Of a DNA stretch of 64,000 nt, positions 35,927 to 43,481 are shown in pieces. The position numbers and the translations under genes were made by a program. The first letter of the stretch is position 1. Each line of letters opens with the position of its first letter. The notes beneath the pieces were generated by a model. It did no database searches and had not been told where the DNA came from. It saw only the letters and a program-made list of their open reading frames with translations. Source of the DNA: Candidatus Zhuqueibacterota bacterium (GTDB lineage Bacteria > Zhuqueibacterota > Zhuqueibacteria > Oceanimicrobiales > Oceanimicrobiaceae); assembly GCA_029262055.1 (NCBI GenBank), contig JAJDAD010000036.1, forward strand, positions 26,772-90,771, in the 5' to 3' direction.

Positions 35927-36616
35927 CTAAGCGGCTATGGCATATGCCGGCTCAAAGTCGGCATCGACGGAACCCGCGGATGCGTTTAGACCCGTATTCA
36001 AAATGTCATCATAGCCGCAAAAAGGCGGACAAAGCGCAGAAAACTCCATAACATGGCCAAAAAACATATCCGCGCCAAATTTGTCAACACCAACCAGAAC
36101 TATCACCGGTGTGGCATCTTCATTAGCGCCGAAAAGGAACCGGATGCCGACACAGTCCTGTTGCGCCAGGATCTGCTGAAAGGCCTGCTTGCCAAAGAAG
36201 CCGCCCTTGGGCTGTTCCGGTTGCTGAAACTGCCGGTAGCGGGCAGTCAGGCGGGCCGCGTCTTCCAGCGCGATTCCGTGCTCGATTTGGGTGCCGTCGT
36301 AATCGCCGTCCGCGGTGAACGCCGGCTTGAATGCGGAACGTTTCACCGGCTCACCATTGAGGATGTCTTGTCGTTCGGCGTTCGTTCCCACCAGCACCAG
36401 CACCTTGCGTTCATCTTCCGTGAGGCCATAATAGTAGCGTAATCCGACCGCATCGGGTTGGTCCAGCAAGGCCTGGATAACCTGCCCGTCAAAATATCCG
36501 GCAGCGGTTTTGTACGGGTTGGGGTTCGCCCGGTATTTCCGGACAAAGTCAATTGCCTCGGCATAGGTAACCGAGTGGTTTTCGTTTCCGGTGAATTGCT
36601 TCCGGGTGATCTTCAT
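35927..36616 (-). CDS. hypothetical protein with an internal ~50 aa duplication
   Basis: Two related segments (GLRYYYGLTEDERKVLVLVGTNAERQDI and GIRFLFGANEDATPVIVLVGVDKFGADM). Start taken at ATG MKITRKQ; the maximal ORF uses TTG 36697. Confidence 0.45.
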   Translation of the reverse strand: MKITRKQFTGNENHSVTYAEAIDFVRKYRANPNPYKTAAGYFDGQVIQALLDQPDAVGLRYYYGLTEDERKVLVLVGTNAERQDILNGEPVKRSAFKPAFTADGDYDGTQIEHGIALEDAARLTARYRQFQQPEQPKGGFFGKQAFQQILAQQDCVGIRFLFGANEDATPVIVLVGVDKFGADMFFGHVMEFSALCPPFCGYDDILNTGLNASAGSVDADFEPAYAIAA

Positions 36617-36914
36617 GGGATTGCTCCTTTTAGAGTGTAGGTTGATAGGGACTGCATTACAGATGCAATACACAGTGGCGGCTATGGTCACGACCAACAG
36701 TGCAGACGGCGATAAGCTGCTGTTTTTTTACAATGGCGAGATCGACTTTGGCTATGGTTTCAGCAAATCGGGCACGTCGTACGGGAGTTGCCAGTGGTCC
36801 GGGCCGCATTAGGAATGCAGGAAACGGCGGGGTAGAGTGGTTTCTTTTCTTTTTTGTCAGATGCAAGCACCCGGGAAAGCATTATATGGTAGTTAGCGTT
36901 TCAAGGAGTCACTG

Positions 36915-37928
36915 ATGGCCTGTTTTCCAGAAGAAAAGCTGTTTCACGGTTGGCAACAACAAGATGAGGTTGCCCGCAGAACTATTTGGGCCCGTCTTTG
37001 GGAGCTAAAGACCCCAATCGGGTACCATTTCTGCTTGCCTGCTTTTCTCGGATATCGGGACGGAGGTGAGTCAGCCAGGGATGTTGCACACGAAGCCTTT
37101 TATGCAGCGTGGGAAAAAATAGACTTGGCGGTTCAATCCGGCCAGTGCGAATGGCAAGGCTGCCCCGAGTTTAATGCCTATTTCAAGAAAATATACATTC
37201 GTACCCTCATTGCCGGCATCAAAGCAAAGCAGCGGCACTTCAGAACGGAAATTTCCTTTGAGGATGATCTGAGCGCGGCATTTTTGTCCCAGCGCGATCA
37301 GGGAATCAAGCGAGTTGAAACGAAGCTTGCAATCGGGAATCTTGTCTTTCACTATTCGTACACCGCTGAGAGGTTGCGTAAAAGTGGAGATAATAATCTA
37401 GCTGAGGTGGCTCAAGCCATCGTCACATTCATAAAACACGAGGTTGCAAACCTCACTATTGAGTCTGAGCGGATTGATGGGACCAGCTCGCCGGTGGAGA
37501 TAATCCGCGACCGCGCGATCGGAGAATTGCTGGACGAGATCATACATGACAGCCAGGTAGATCTCGGGAAACAAATTTGTCCTGAATCCTTCCCGGTCTT
37601 TCTGATGAGAGAGCTTTGCGGATTTGCACTAGCCGACGAACTGCGCAGCAAGTACTGCCATGTCCTGGGTATAAGCTTTACTGTGCGGGAGCTAAACGGG
37701 AGACGAAGACGAATAACGCAAAGGGAGCTTATGAACGCCCACAAAACCCAAAAGAGGGTATCACCTCGAGTGGAGCAAGTTGACGAAGCTTACGAGAAGC
37801 TCAGCGCTTACTTACGCTGCCGTAACTTGGTCGACAAACGGTGGAGCCGGTTTAAGCAGGCTGTAGATCGGATTGATCCCTCTCGCCTTAATCACCAGCA
37901 TATGGTTTTGCCAGGCAAGAGATTATGA
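36915..37928 (+). CDS. extended ECF-like sigma-70 family factor (sigma-2 and sigma-4 regions with a ~90 aa insertion and a C-terminal extension)
   Basis: Region 2-like DVAHEAFYAAWEKIDL and YIRTLIAGIKAKQRH. Region 4-like KYCHVLGISFTVRELNGRRRRI (VLGIS..TV). 337 aa versus ~190 aa for a typical ECF factor. 4 nt overlap (ATGA) with the downstream ZAS gene. Confidence 0.45.
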   Translation: MACFPEEKLFHGWQQQDEVARRTIWARLWELKTPIGYHFCLPAFLGYRDGGESARDVAHEAFYAAWEKIDLAVQSGQCEWQGCPEFNAYFKKIYIRTLIAGIKAKQRHFRTEISFEDDLSAAFLSQRDQGIKRVETKLAIGNLVFHYSYTAERLRKSGDNNLAEVAQAIVTFIKHEVANLTIESERIDGTSSPVEIIRDRAIGELLDEIIHDSQVDLGKQICPESFPVFLMRELCGFALADELRSKYCHVLGISFTVRELNGRRRRITQRELMNAHKTQKRVSPRVEQVDEAYEKLSAYLRCRNLVDKRWSRFKQAVDRIDPSRLNHQHMVLPGKRL

Positions 37929-38524
37929 AAATACGCTCTGTTAAGCCGCTCGACTGTCCGTCAGTCAAAACAATTCTAAGAGAGTTTCTCTTAACAGAAA
38001 TAAACCTGCAGCAACAGGGCCACATTCAAAAAAAGCGACACCAACCAACGCTGCGCAGACATTTGTTTGAGTGCGATGTCTGTGCAGCCGCCTACTTTGA
38101 CCTGGTTGAGTCTTCGCTGGCAACCGGAGTACTGCATGATGTCTCAACTCCGGCACCGCCCGTGCCGATGGCTCCCACCTTTGATGCGGCGGATTTGTAC
38201 AGTCTGGCGGCGGAATCTCTCCGGTCAAACACGGAGCCCATGCCATTCCGGTATCTCGCTGACGAAAAGTTCGTTCAGATTGAAAGGGATGAATACATCA
38301 TCACTCTATGGGAGGGTGAAGAAGGGGATGTGACACTGATAGGTCTCAAGATAAAGTCCGGGTTTGAGCCCAGCTATGAGGGGCGGACAGTCGTGTTAGC
38401 GGATGCGAACAACGAGGTGCTTCTGGAGGGGGAAATCTACTCGGGGGAAATATCTGAACAAGTAGTGACAAAGATAGCCGGGATTAAATCCCCGTTGTGT
38501 ATTGCATTGTCCGGATCTCATTGA
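37925..38524 (+). CDS. putative anti-sigma factor, zinc-finger (ZAS, HxxxCxxC), soluble
   Basis: RRHLFECDVCAAAYFDL contains H-x3-C-x2-C. Translationally coupled to the sigma-like gene. No TM helix. Confidence 0.45.
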   Translation: MKIRSVKPLDCPSVKTILREFLLTEINLQQQGHIQKKRHQPTLRRHLFECDVCAAAYFDLVESSLATGVLHDVSTPAPPVPMAPTFDAADLYSLAAESLRSNTEPMPFRYLADEKFVQIERDEYIITLWEGEEGDVTLIGLKIKSGFEPSYEGRTVVLADANNEVLLEGEIYSGEISEQVVTKIAGIKSPLCIALSGSH

Positions 38525-38621
38525 GGGAGCAGCAGTGAGTTCGGTTTCTGTGGGGCACAATACACCCAAAAAGGTCAAGCATGCAAAATTGACTTTCGAG
38601 CCAACATTCAGGTTCTACTGT

Positions 38622-38656
38622 AAAAAAACAAGGCCTGAATCTGACGATTCGGGCCT
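38622..38656 (-). terminator. rho-independent terminator (copy 1 of a duplicated 38 nt module)
   Basis: On the minus strand: aggcccgaatc-gtca-gattcaggcct followed by TGTTTTTTTA. Confidence 0.45.
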
Positions 38657-38852
38657 CGTCTTGTTTCAATCCCGCCTTGTGAACTGACCTTCCTCAAGAC
38701 GAAATTTTCTGCTTTATCGATAATTTGGCAAGTCGTGTTGCCAAAGTGGGATAAGTGTCTGGATATCCCCACACGACAGGGGAGGCTGGTTTACCCCGGA
38801 ATAGACGGTTTCGTCTGCTTACTGCTACCGGTTCAATTGGCGCGCACCCGAG

Positions 38853-38887
38853 AAAAAAACAAGGCCCGAATCTGACGATTCGGGCCT
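38853..38887 (-). terminator. rho-independent terminator of the 38952..41552 gene (copy 2 of the duplicated module)
   Basis: Perfect 11 bp stem aggcccgaatc / gattcgggcct, loop tgac, followed on the minus strand by GTTTTTTTCT. 65 nt downstream of the stop. Confidence 0.55.
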
Positions 38888-38951
38888 CTGGCTCAATTAG
38901 TGGGTGGGATAGAGGGAGGGTTCTATGAAAAATACGCTGGACAAGCCAACG

Positions 38952-41552
38952 TCATTTCGTCAAAGCCATTTTTCTTACTTCTATAAAATCACCCGCGCGC
39001 AACTGGTAAAAGTACACTCCGGTTGCGATGGGGCGGTTTACGCTATCACGGCCGTCCCAAACTACTGAATGACTGCCGGCCGGTAGCGGTTCGTCAACCA
39101 GTGTTTTGATGGTCTGTCCCAACGTGTTGAATATCTTCAATATTACGTTATCCGAGACCTCACCAGGCACGTCAAAACGAATGGTCGTGGATGGGTTGAA
39201 CGGATTGGGGTAGTTCTGTGACAAGCTATAGTCCGTGGGGACAATGGCACTCTCCTGCAGGACCGGCGGACTTGCGGGGTCATAGTCCGCTTCGCGCAGC
39301 CAAAGTTGGGAAATAAAAGCATCGTCCTCCCCGGCAATTTTCGCGATGCGGATGGTGATGTCACCGTCAGAATAAGTTTCCCTCGGAAGCATCTTCCACT
39401 CAACCTGGTTTAACCCGTCTGGCAAAATCATTTCGTCTACCATATGATCATCTACCGTTATACGTTGCTTCAGATAGCCTACCTCATTGTTGAATTGGGC
39501 TTTAATCTCGTACTCAGCAGTTGGGTTTAGATTGGAAAAGCGATAGATGACTTCCGAGGGGTGTTTTGCGCTGCTTTGGCTTGGAGCAGTTCCCCAATCA
39601 GTATTGCGTGTTCCTTGCACTAAATGTGAATCATGATATCTATCACTGCCGCTGTCTTCGTGATAATAGAGCGGCAGGTAGAGTTCCGGTGTTTCGCGGA
39701 TAACCGTAGTGTTGCCATAACTGGACTCGGCGGTCAGTTGCAGCCGGTAGTAATCTGGTGCGATTGGCCAACCGGAGTCATCCCGCCTGTCCCAGTCCAA
39801 GCTTTTTGCGCCGGGTATGACCCAGCCAACCGGGATTTGCCGCACCGTGACATTGCTTTCCGCATCAATGATCTTCAGGGTGAGTTTGGCTTGGTCCGTC
39901 ACGGTAGCGGCGAGGCTCACCCGGTCCAGCTCCTGACTGAGGTTTACCGCAAAGTCATCGAGCTCGAGACCAAGTTGAAAACGTTCCGCGCCCGAAGTCT
40001 CGGACCATTGTCCCAGACTCAGGGCCTGGTCGTACCCCGTCCAGTAGTCCCGGTTTTCCGCCTCGACATGCACCCGGCCAAAAGTGACACTGAAGTTGAC
40101 CGGCGACACCAGCGAGTTCTCAGTACCGCGGACTCGCGTGATGGGCGCCAGGGCCGAGTTGAGTTTGCAGACCTCGCGGTAGCTGCGGTCGCTGGCATAG
40201 ACGTTACCCCAGTGGTCCACATCTAAAGAGGTGAATTGACTTTCCTCCTGGCCATCGTAAGCGCCTTGCCATTTCACCCGACCGGGTGTCACCAGCAGGC
40301 GGACGACTCTGCGATTGCCACTGTCCGCGACATAAAGCTGTCCGTTACTGATGCCGTTAAACCGGCCGACGGCAATGGCTTGCGGGCGTGCAAACATGCC
40401 CACAGATTTCCCTGTGTTGCCGTAGATGTAGCGTACTGCGGCGGCTTCATTTTTTATTGCGTACGCTACGATCCTGTCATTCCCCGTGTCGGCAACCCAG
40501 AGAAGATCATCGGAATCCGTAAATGGTGTGCCTGAGTCATCCCAGGCGACATCGTAAGGGAGGTTGAGCTGGCCCGAACCGAAATCAAACTGATATTGCA
40601 ATTGGGTGCCAGCACCGTTTCCTTTCAACCTCAGAACTACAACGCGGTCATTCCCCGTGTCCGCGACGTAGACGGTACCACTTACGTCCCGATCTATGCC
40701 GTGCGGCCGGTTTAATTCCTCCGGGCCCGCTACTGTTTGTCCATACTCTTTTATCCAGCCGTCATAATCGCCATAAATGATCCGGTTCCAGGCCGGGTCG
40801 GTAACCATCAAAACATATTGCGCCGACAAGAAGGGCGCCTTCTCAAGCTGAGTAACCGATGAAAACAGGGTCGCAGCATACGGCTTGCTGAAAAGTTGCC
40901 GCTCCAACTGTTCTTTGGTGACGCTTCTGGTCAGGATTGCTATCTTGTGTTCGTCGCTGATTGCGCGTCTTGATAACGTAGCGCCATTCGCCCCCGGGTC
41001 ACGATACAATTCAAACTCGGCTGTCTCGTGGCCGGTTGTGGGGCTTCCGGCTTGCGCCATCTCGGATACGTGCGCCAATTCTGTGGCACGTACCAATTTC
41101 CACTGATTGTTGATCTTGCGAAAGTTCAAGCTATAATTTGTCTTTGAAATGAAGTCATGACGAGTCAGAGTCGCTGTAACCGACGCTCTGTCCGAGCCAT
41201 CAAAGATTATGGTTGAATTGGTTATTCCTAGGTTCGGCAGCGTCGACTGTTTTGATGAGGCAAAACTGTCACTTTCTTTAACCTGGCTTAACTTCTTTTG
41301 GGTGACAAAATCAGATTGCCGCACTTCAGGGGAGAGAAATGGCTGTAGCGTGGTGACGTCGCCCGAAGCCAAGCCCTGCTCGATCAAATTTATGGTTAAC
41401 TCTAACAGACCCCTATCGTCCATCTGCGCCCGGTTCAAACCCAATTTGGCCGGACTCGTGTTTCCGCCGGAATACAGGCCGGCGGGGACTGAGCAGAGCA
41501 GGAGCATTGCCAAAAGTCTTAAGGGTTGCCGAAAACGTGCTATCATCATCAT
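38952..41552 (-). CDS. NHL-repeat (six-bladed beta-propeller) protein with C-terminal T9SS sorting domain
   Basis: Signal peptide MMMIARFRQPLRLLAMLLLCSVPAG. NHL repeats (VADTGNDRVVVL, VADTGNDRIVAY, VADSGNRRVVRL). C-terminal LSQNYPNPFNPSTTIRFDV...GVYFYQLRAGDFIEVRKMALTK. Confidence 0.85.
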   Translation of the reverse strand: MMMIARFRQPLRLLAMLLLCSVPAGLYSGGNTSPAKLGLNRAQMDDRGLLELTINLIEQGLASGDVTTLQPFLSPEVRQSDFVTQKKLSQVKESDSFASSKQSTLPNLGITNSTIIFDGSDRASVTATLTRHDFISKTNYSLNFRKINNQWKLVRATELAHVSEMAQAGSPTTGHETAEFELYRDPGANGATLSRRAISDEHKIAILTRSVTKEQLERQLFSKPYAATLFSSVTQLEKAPFLSAQYVLMVTDPAWNRIIYGDYDGWIKEYGQTVAGPEELNRPHGIDRDVSGTVYVADTGNDRVVVLRLKGNGAGTQLQYQFDFGSGQLNLPYDVAWDDSGTPFTDSDDLLWVADTGNDRIVAYAIKNEAAAVRYIYGNTGKSVGMFARPQAIAVGRFNGISNGQLYVADSGNRRVVRLLVTPGRVKWQGAYDGQEESQFTSLDVDHWGNVYASDRSYREVCKLNSALAPITRVRGTENSLVSPVNFSVTFGRVHVEAENRDYWTGYDQALSLGQWSETSGAERFQLGLELDDFAVNLSQELDRVSLAATVTDQAKLTLKIIDAESNVTVRQIPVGWVIPGAKSLDWDRRDDSGWPIAPDYYRLQLTAESSYGNTTVIRETPELYLPLYYHEDSGSDRYHDSHLVQGTRNTDWGTAPSQSSAKHPSEVIYRFSNLNPTAEYEIKAQFNNEVGYLKQRITVDDHMVDEMILPDGLNQVEWKMLPRETYSDGDITIRIAKIAGEDDAFISQLWLREADYDPASPPVLQESAIVPTDYSLSQNYPNPFNPSTTIRFDVPGEVSDNVILKIFNTLGQTIKTLVDEPLPAGSHSVVWDGRDSVNRPIATGVYFYQLRAGDFIEVRKMALTK

Positions 41553-41556
41553 CTCT

Positions 41557-42669
41557 CTAGTAACTGAACACAAGGCCCAGTTGAAATATGTCCGCAGTGA
41601 AATCGTTGGACGAAAAGTAACGCTCGTACTTTGCCTCGAAACTGCCGGATGACATGAACGAAAGCGCTCCTTCCTCAAAGAGGTCACTGAGCTTGTATTC
41701 AACTTTGAAGCCGAACATGTGGGCGTTGAATTTTTCCAGTTTATAATCTGATGTCATGTACTGCTGCGGTGCCGCATAATTTGGACGAAAGAAATCAGCC
41801 TCACTCTGGGTGTAGTAACGGTAGCGATACCGGATCAAGACCTTGTCGCTGAAGTACTGGTAGTACATGAAGTTGGCCGTGTGCGACTGAACATCCCAAT
41901 CGTCGTGATAGAGCCGGTATTCGAAGTTTAAGGCGGTTTCCGTGGTGAAGTAGCGGTTCAGTTTGAGAAACAGGGCAGCGCGCGATCTTTCGAGGGGATG
42001 GTTTTCGAGAAAAATCCCGCCACCGGCATTAACCGTGCGGTAAGGATTGCTCTGAAAACCATCCACGAATGAGTAATCTATGCCGACACGGCCGATTAAG
42101 TCCGGGCGCAGGGCCTGAGTCAGGGTAACATTAAAATTGTGTGCCTGTTTCGTATGCGAAGTGTCGGAGCCCAGCGGCTCGACGTCATCCCAGCCAAAAC
42201 TGTATGAGCCGGAAATGTTGGTGTTCTTCTGAGCAAAATCGCCATTGGCGGACACCGAAACCATGCGGCCCGTATAGTCGCTTTCGGTGCTGAAGTAGTA
42301 ACGGGCCTGAAAACCCGGCACTGCCAGCCCCAGGTTGAACTCGTTTCTGTCTTTGGTGAAGGACGCGCTGGCCGGATCTTCTCCGTCTACCGGCCGGGAC
42401 GCGCCCGTGATCGCGTCGGTGGGTGAAGGCGCCGCAGCCAGGCCGCGAATCGGCGGAATGATCACACGGTCGATGCTATAGCGCAGCAAGAAATCAACAT
42501 CGTTCATGATACGCTTGACAAGCTCGACTGCGGGCGATTGCACCGAGGTTCCGGTGTTGTCACTGAAGATGTTGGTGCGCACGCTAACCTTGTCGCCGGA
42601 AATCAGAATCGTGTGTGGCATGAAAACCATAAGGACAAGTAATCCCTGAAAAATAGTCCGCTGCATCAT
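41557..42669 (-). CDS. DUF3570-like outer-membrane beta-barrel protein
   Basis: Signal peptide. Alternating amphipathic beta-strands rich in Y/F/R (YRYRYYTQSEADFFRPNYAAPQQY..., ending ...IFQLGLVFSY with an aromatic terminal residue). Sits in the conserved TlpA/DUF4266/DUF3570 neighbourhood. Confidence 0.65.
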   Translation of the reverse strand: MMQRTIFQGLLVLMVFMPHTILISGDKVSVRTNIFSDNTGTSVQSPAVELVKRIMNDVDFLLRYSIDRVIIPPIRGLAAAPSPTDAITGASRPVDGEDPASASFTKDRNEFNLGLAVPGFQARYYFSTESDYTGRMVSVSANGDFAQKNTNISGSYSFGWDDVEPLGSDTSHTKQAHNFNVTLTQALRPDLIGRVGIDYSFVDGFQSNPYRTVNAGGGIFLENHPLERSRAALFLKLNRYFTTETALNFEYRLYHDDWDVQSHTANFMYYQYFSDKVLIRYRYRYYTQSEADFFRPNYAAPQQYMTSDYKLEKFNAHMFGFKVEYKLSDLFEEGALSFMSSGSFEAKYERYFSSNDFTADIFQLGLVFSY

Positions 42670-42690
42670 TTCAATTATAGTGGACGTCTG

Positions 42691-42921
42691 CTAATTGCAG
42701 GCGCAACCACCGCCTGCTCCGCCGTTCCCACCAATGCTGCCTTCGCGAGTCTCCAGAAAATGGCGTTCGAGCATTACCTCTTCAGCAAAGGCGTCGAACT
42801 GCATGACCCGGTCAGCGAGGTGTTCGCGTTCATAGGGCTTCACCGTTGTACATCCCTGCAGGATGATTCCGAAAATAATCAGGACAAAGCCCGTAACCGC
42901 CAGCATAATCAAGTCGCGCAT
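42691..42921 (-). CDS. DUF4266-like small lipoprotein with Gly-rich C-terminus ending GGGCACN
   Basis: Start at the internal ATG (MRDLIMLAVTGFVLIIFGIILQGC; lipobox LQGC). TTVKPYEREHLADRVMQFDAF is the conserved core. C-terminal GGNGGAGGGCACN. 1 nt gap to the TlpA stop. Confidence 0.65.
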   Translation of the reverse strand: MRDLIMLAVTGFVLIIFGIILQGCTTVKPYEREHLADRVMQFDAFAEEVMLERHFLETREGSIGGNGGAGGGCACN

Positions 42922-42922
42922 T

Positions 42923-43477
42923 CTACAGCTCCGATGATTGTTCTTTTTGCCTGGCACGACCGGACTTCCTTTGACCGCCGCGCAGCAGGTATTGAATCTC
43001 TTTCTTGTAAATTTCGTACTGCTCGTTTTTGAAGCCGGCATGCACGGCTCTAATCCAGCCACTCCTGTCGATCAGAAAGGTGGTTGGCATGGTCGCAACG
43101 TCGTAGGCAGATACGACTTTCTTGTTTCTGTCCCAAACGGCGTTGAGCGCGATGTTGTGTTGCGTCAAGAACTGCACTGCGTTTTCCAAATCGTTGTCGA
43201 TGTTCACGGCCACCACGGCGAAGTCCCTGTCGTTGTACGTTTTGTTGAGGAGATCTAGATAGGGCAGCTCCTCGCGGCAGGGCCCGCACCAGCTCGCCCA
43301 AAAATCGAGCAGGACTACCTTGCCGCGCAAGTCACTCAAGGTCAGGCGTTCCCCCGTAAATTTTTGCAGGGTAAAATCTACCGCGCGGCTACCAACTGTC
43401 GGTTGCTTAGCCTGCAGCGGCGCGGCTGTGAGCGCAGCCAGTAGAGCCAGGGCGTTGAGTTTTATCATTCTTTTCAT
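42923..43477 (-). CDS. TlpA/ResA-family periplasmic thiol-disulfide oxidoreductase
   Basis: Signal peptide. Thioredoxin active site WASWCGPCREELP. 184 aa. Confidence 0.85.
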   Translation of the reverse strand: MKRMIKLNALALLAALTAAPLQAKQPTVGSRAVDFTLQKFTGERLTLSDLRGKVVLLDFWASWCGPCREELPYLDLLNKTYNDRDFAVVAVNIDNDLENAVQFLTQHNIALNAVWDRNKKVVSAYDVATMPTTFLIDRSGWIRAVHAGFKNEQYEIYKKEIQYLLRGGQRKSGRARQKEQSSEL

Positions 43478-43481
43478 GTGG

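Noticed and set aside
39633-40226. 197 aa + strand ORF
   Set aside because: Antisense within the NHL-repeat T9SS gene.
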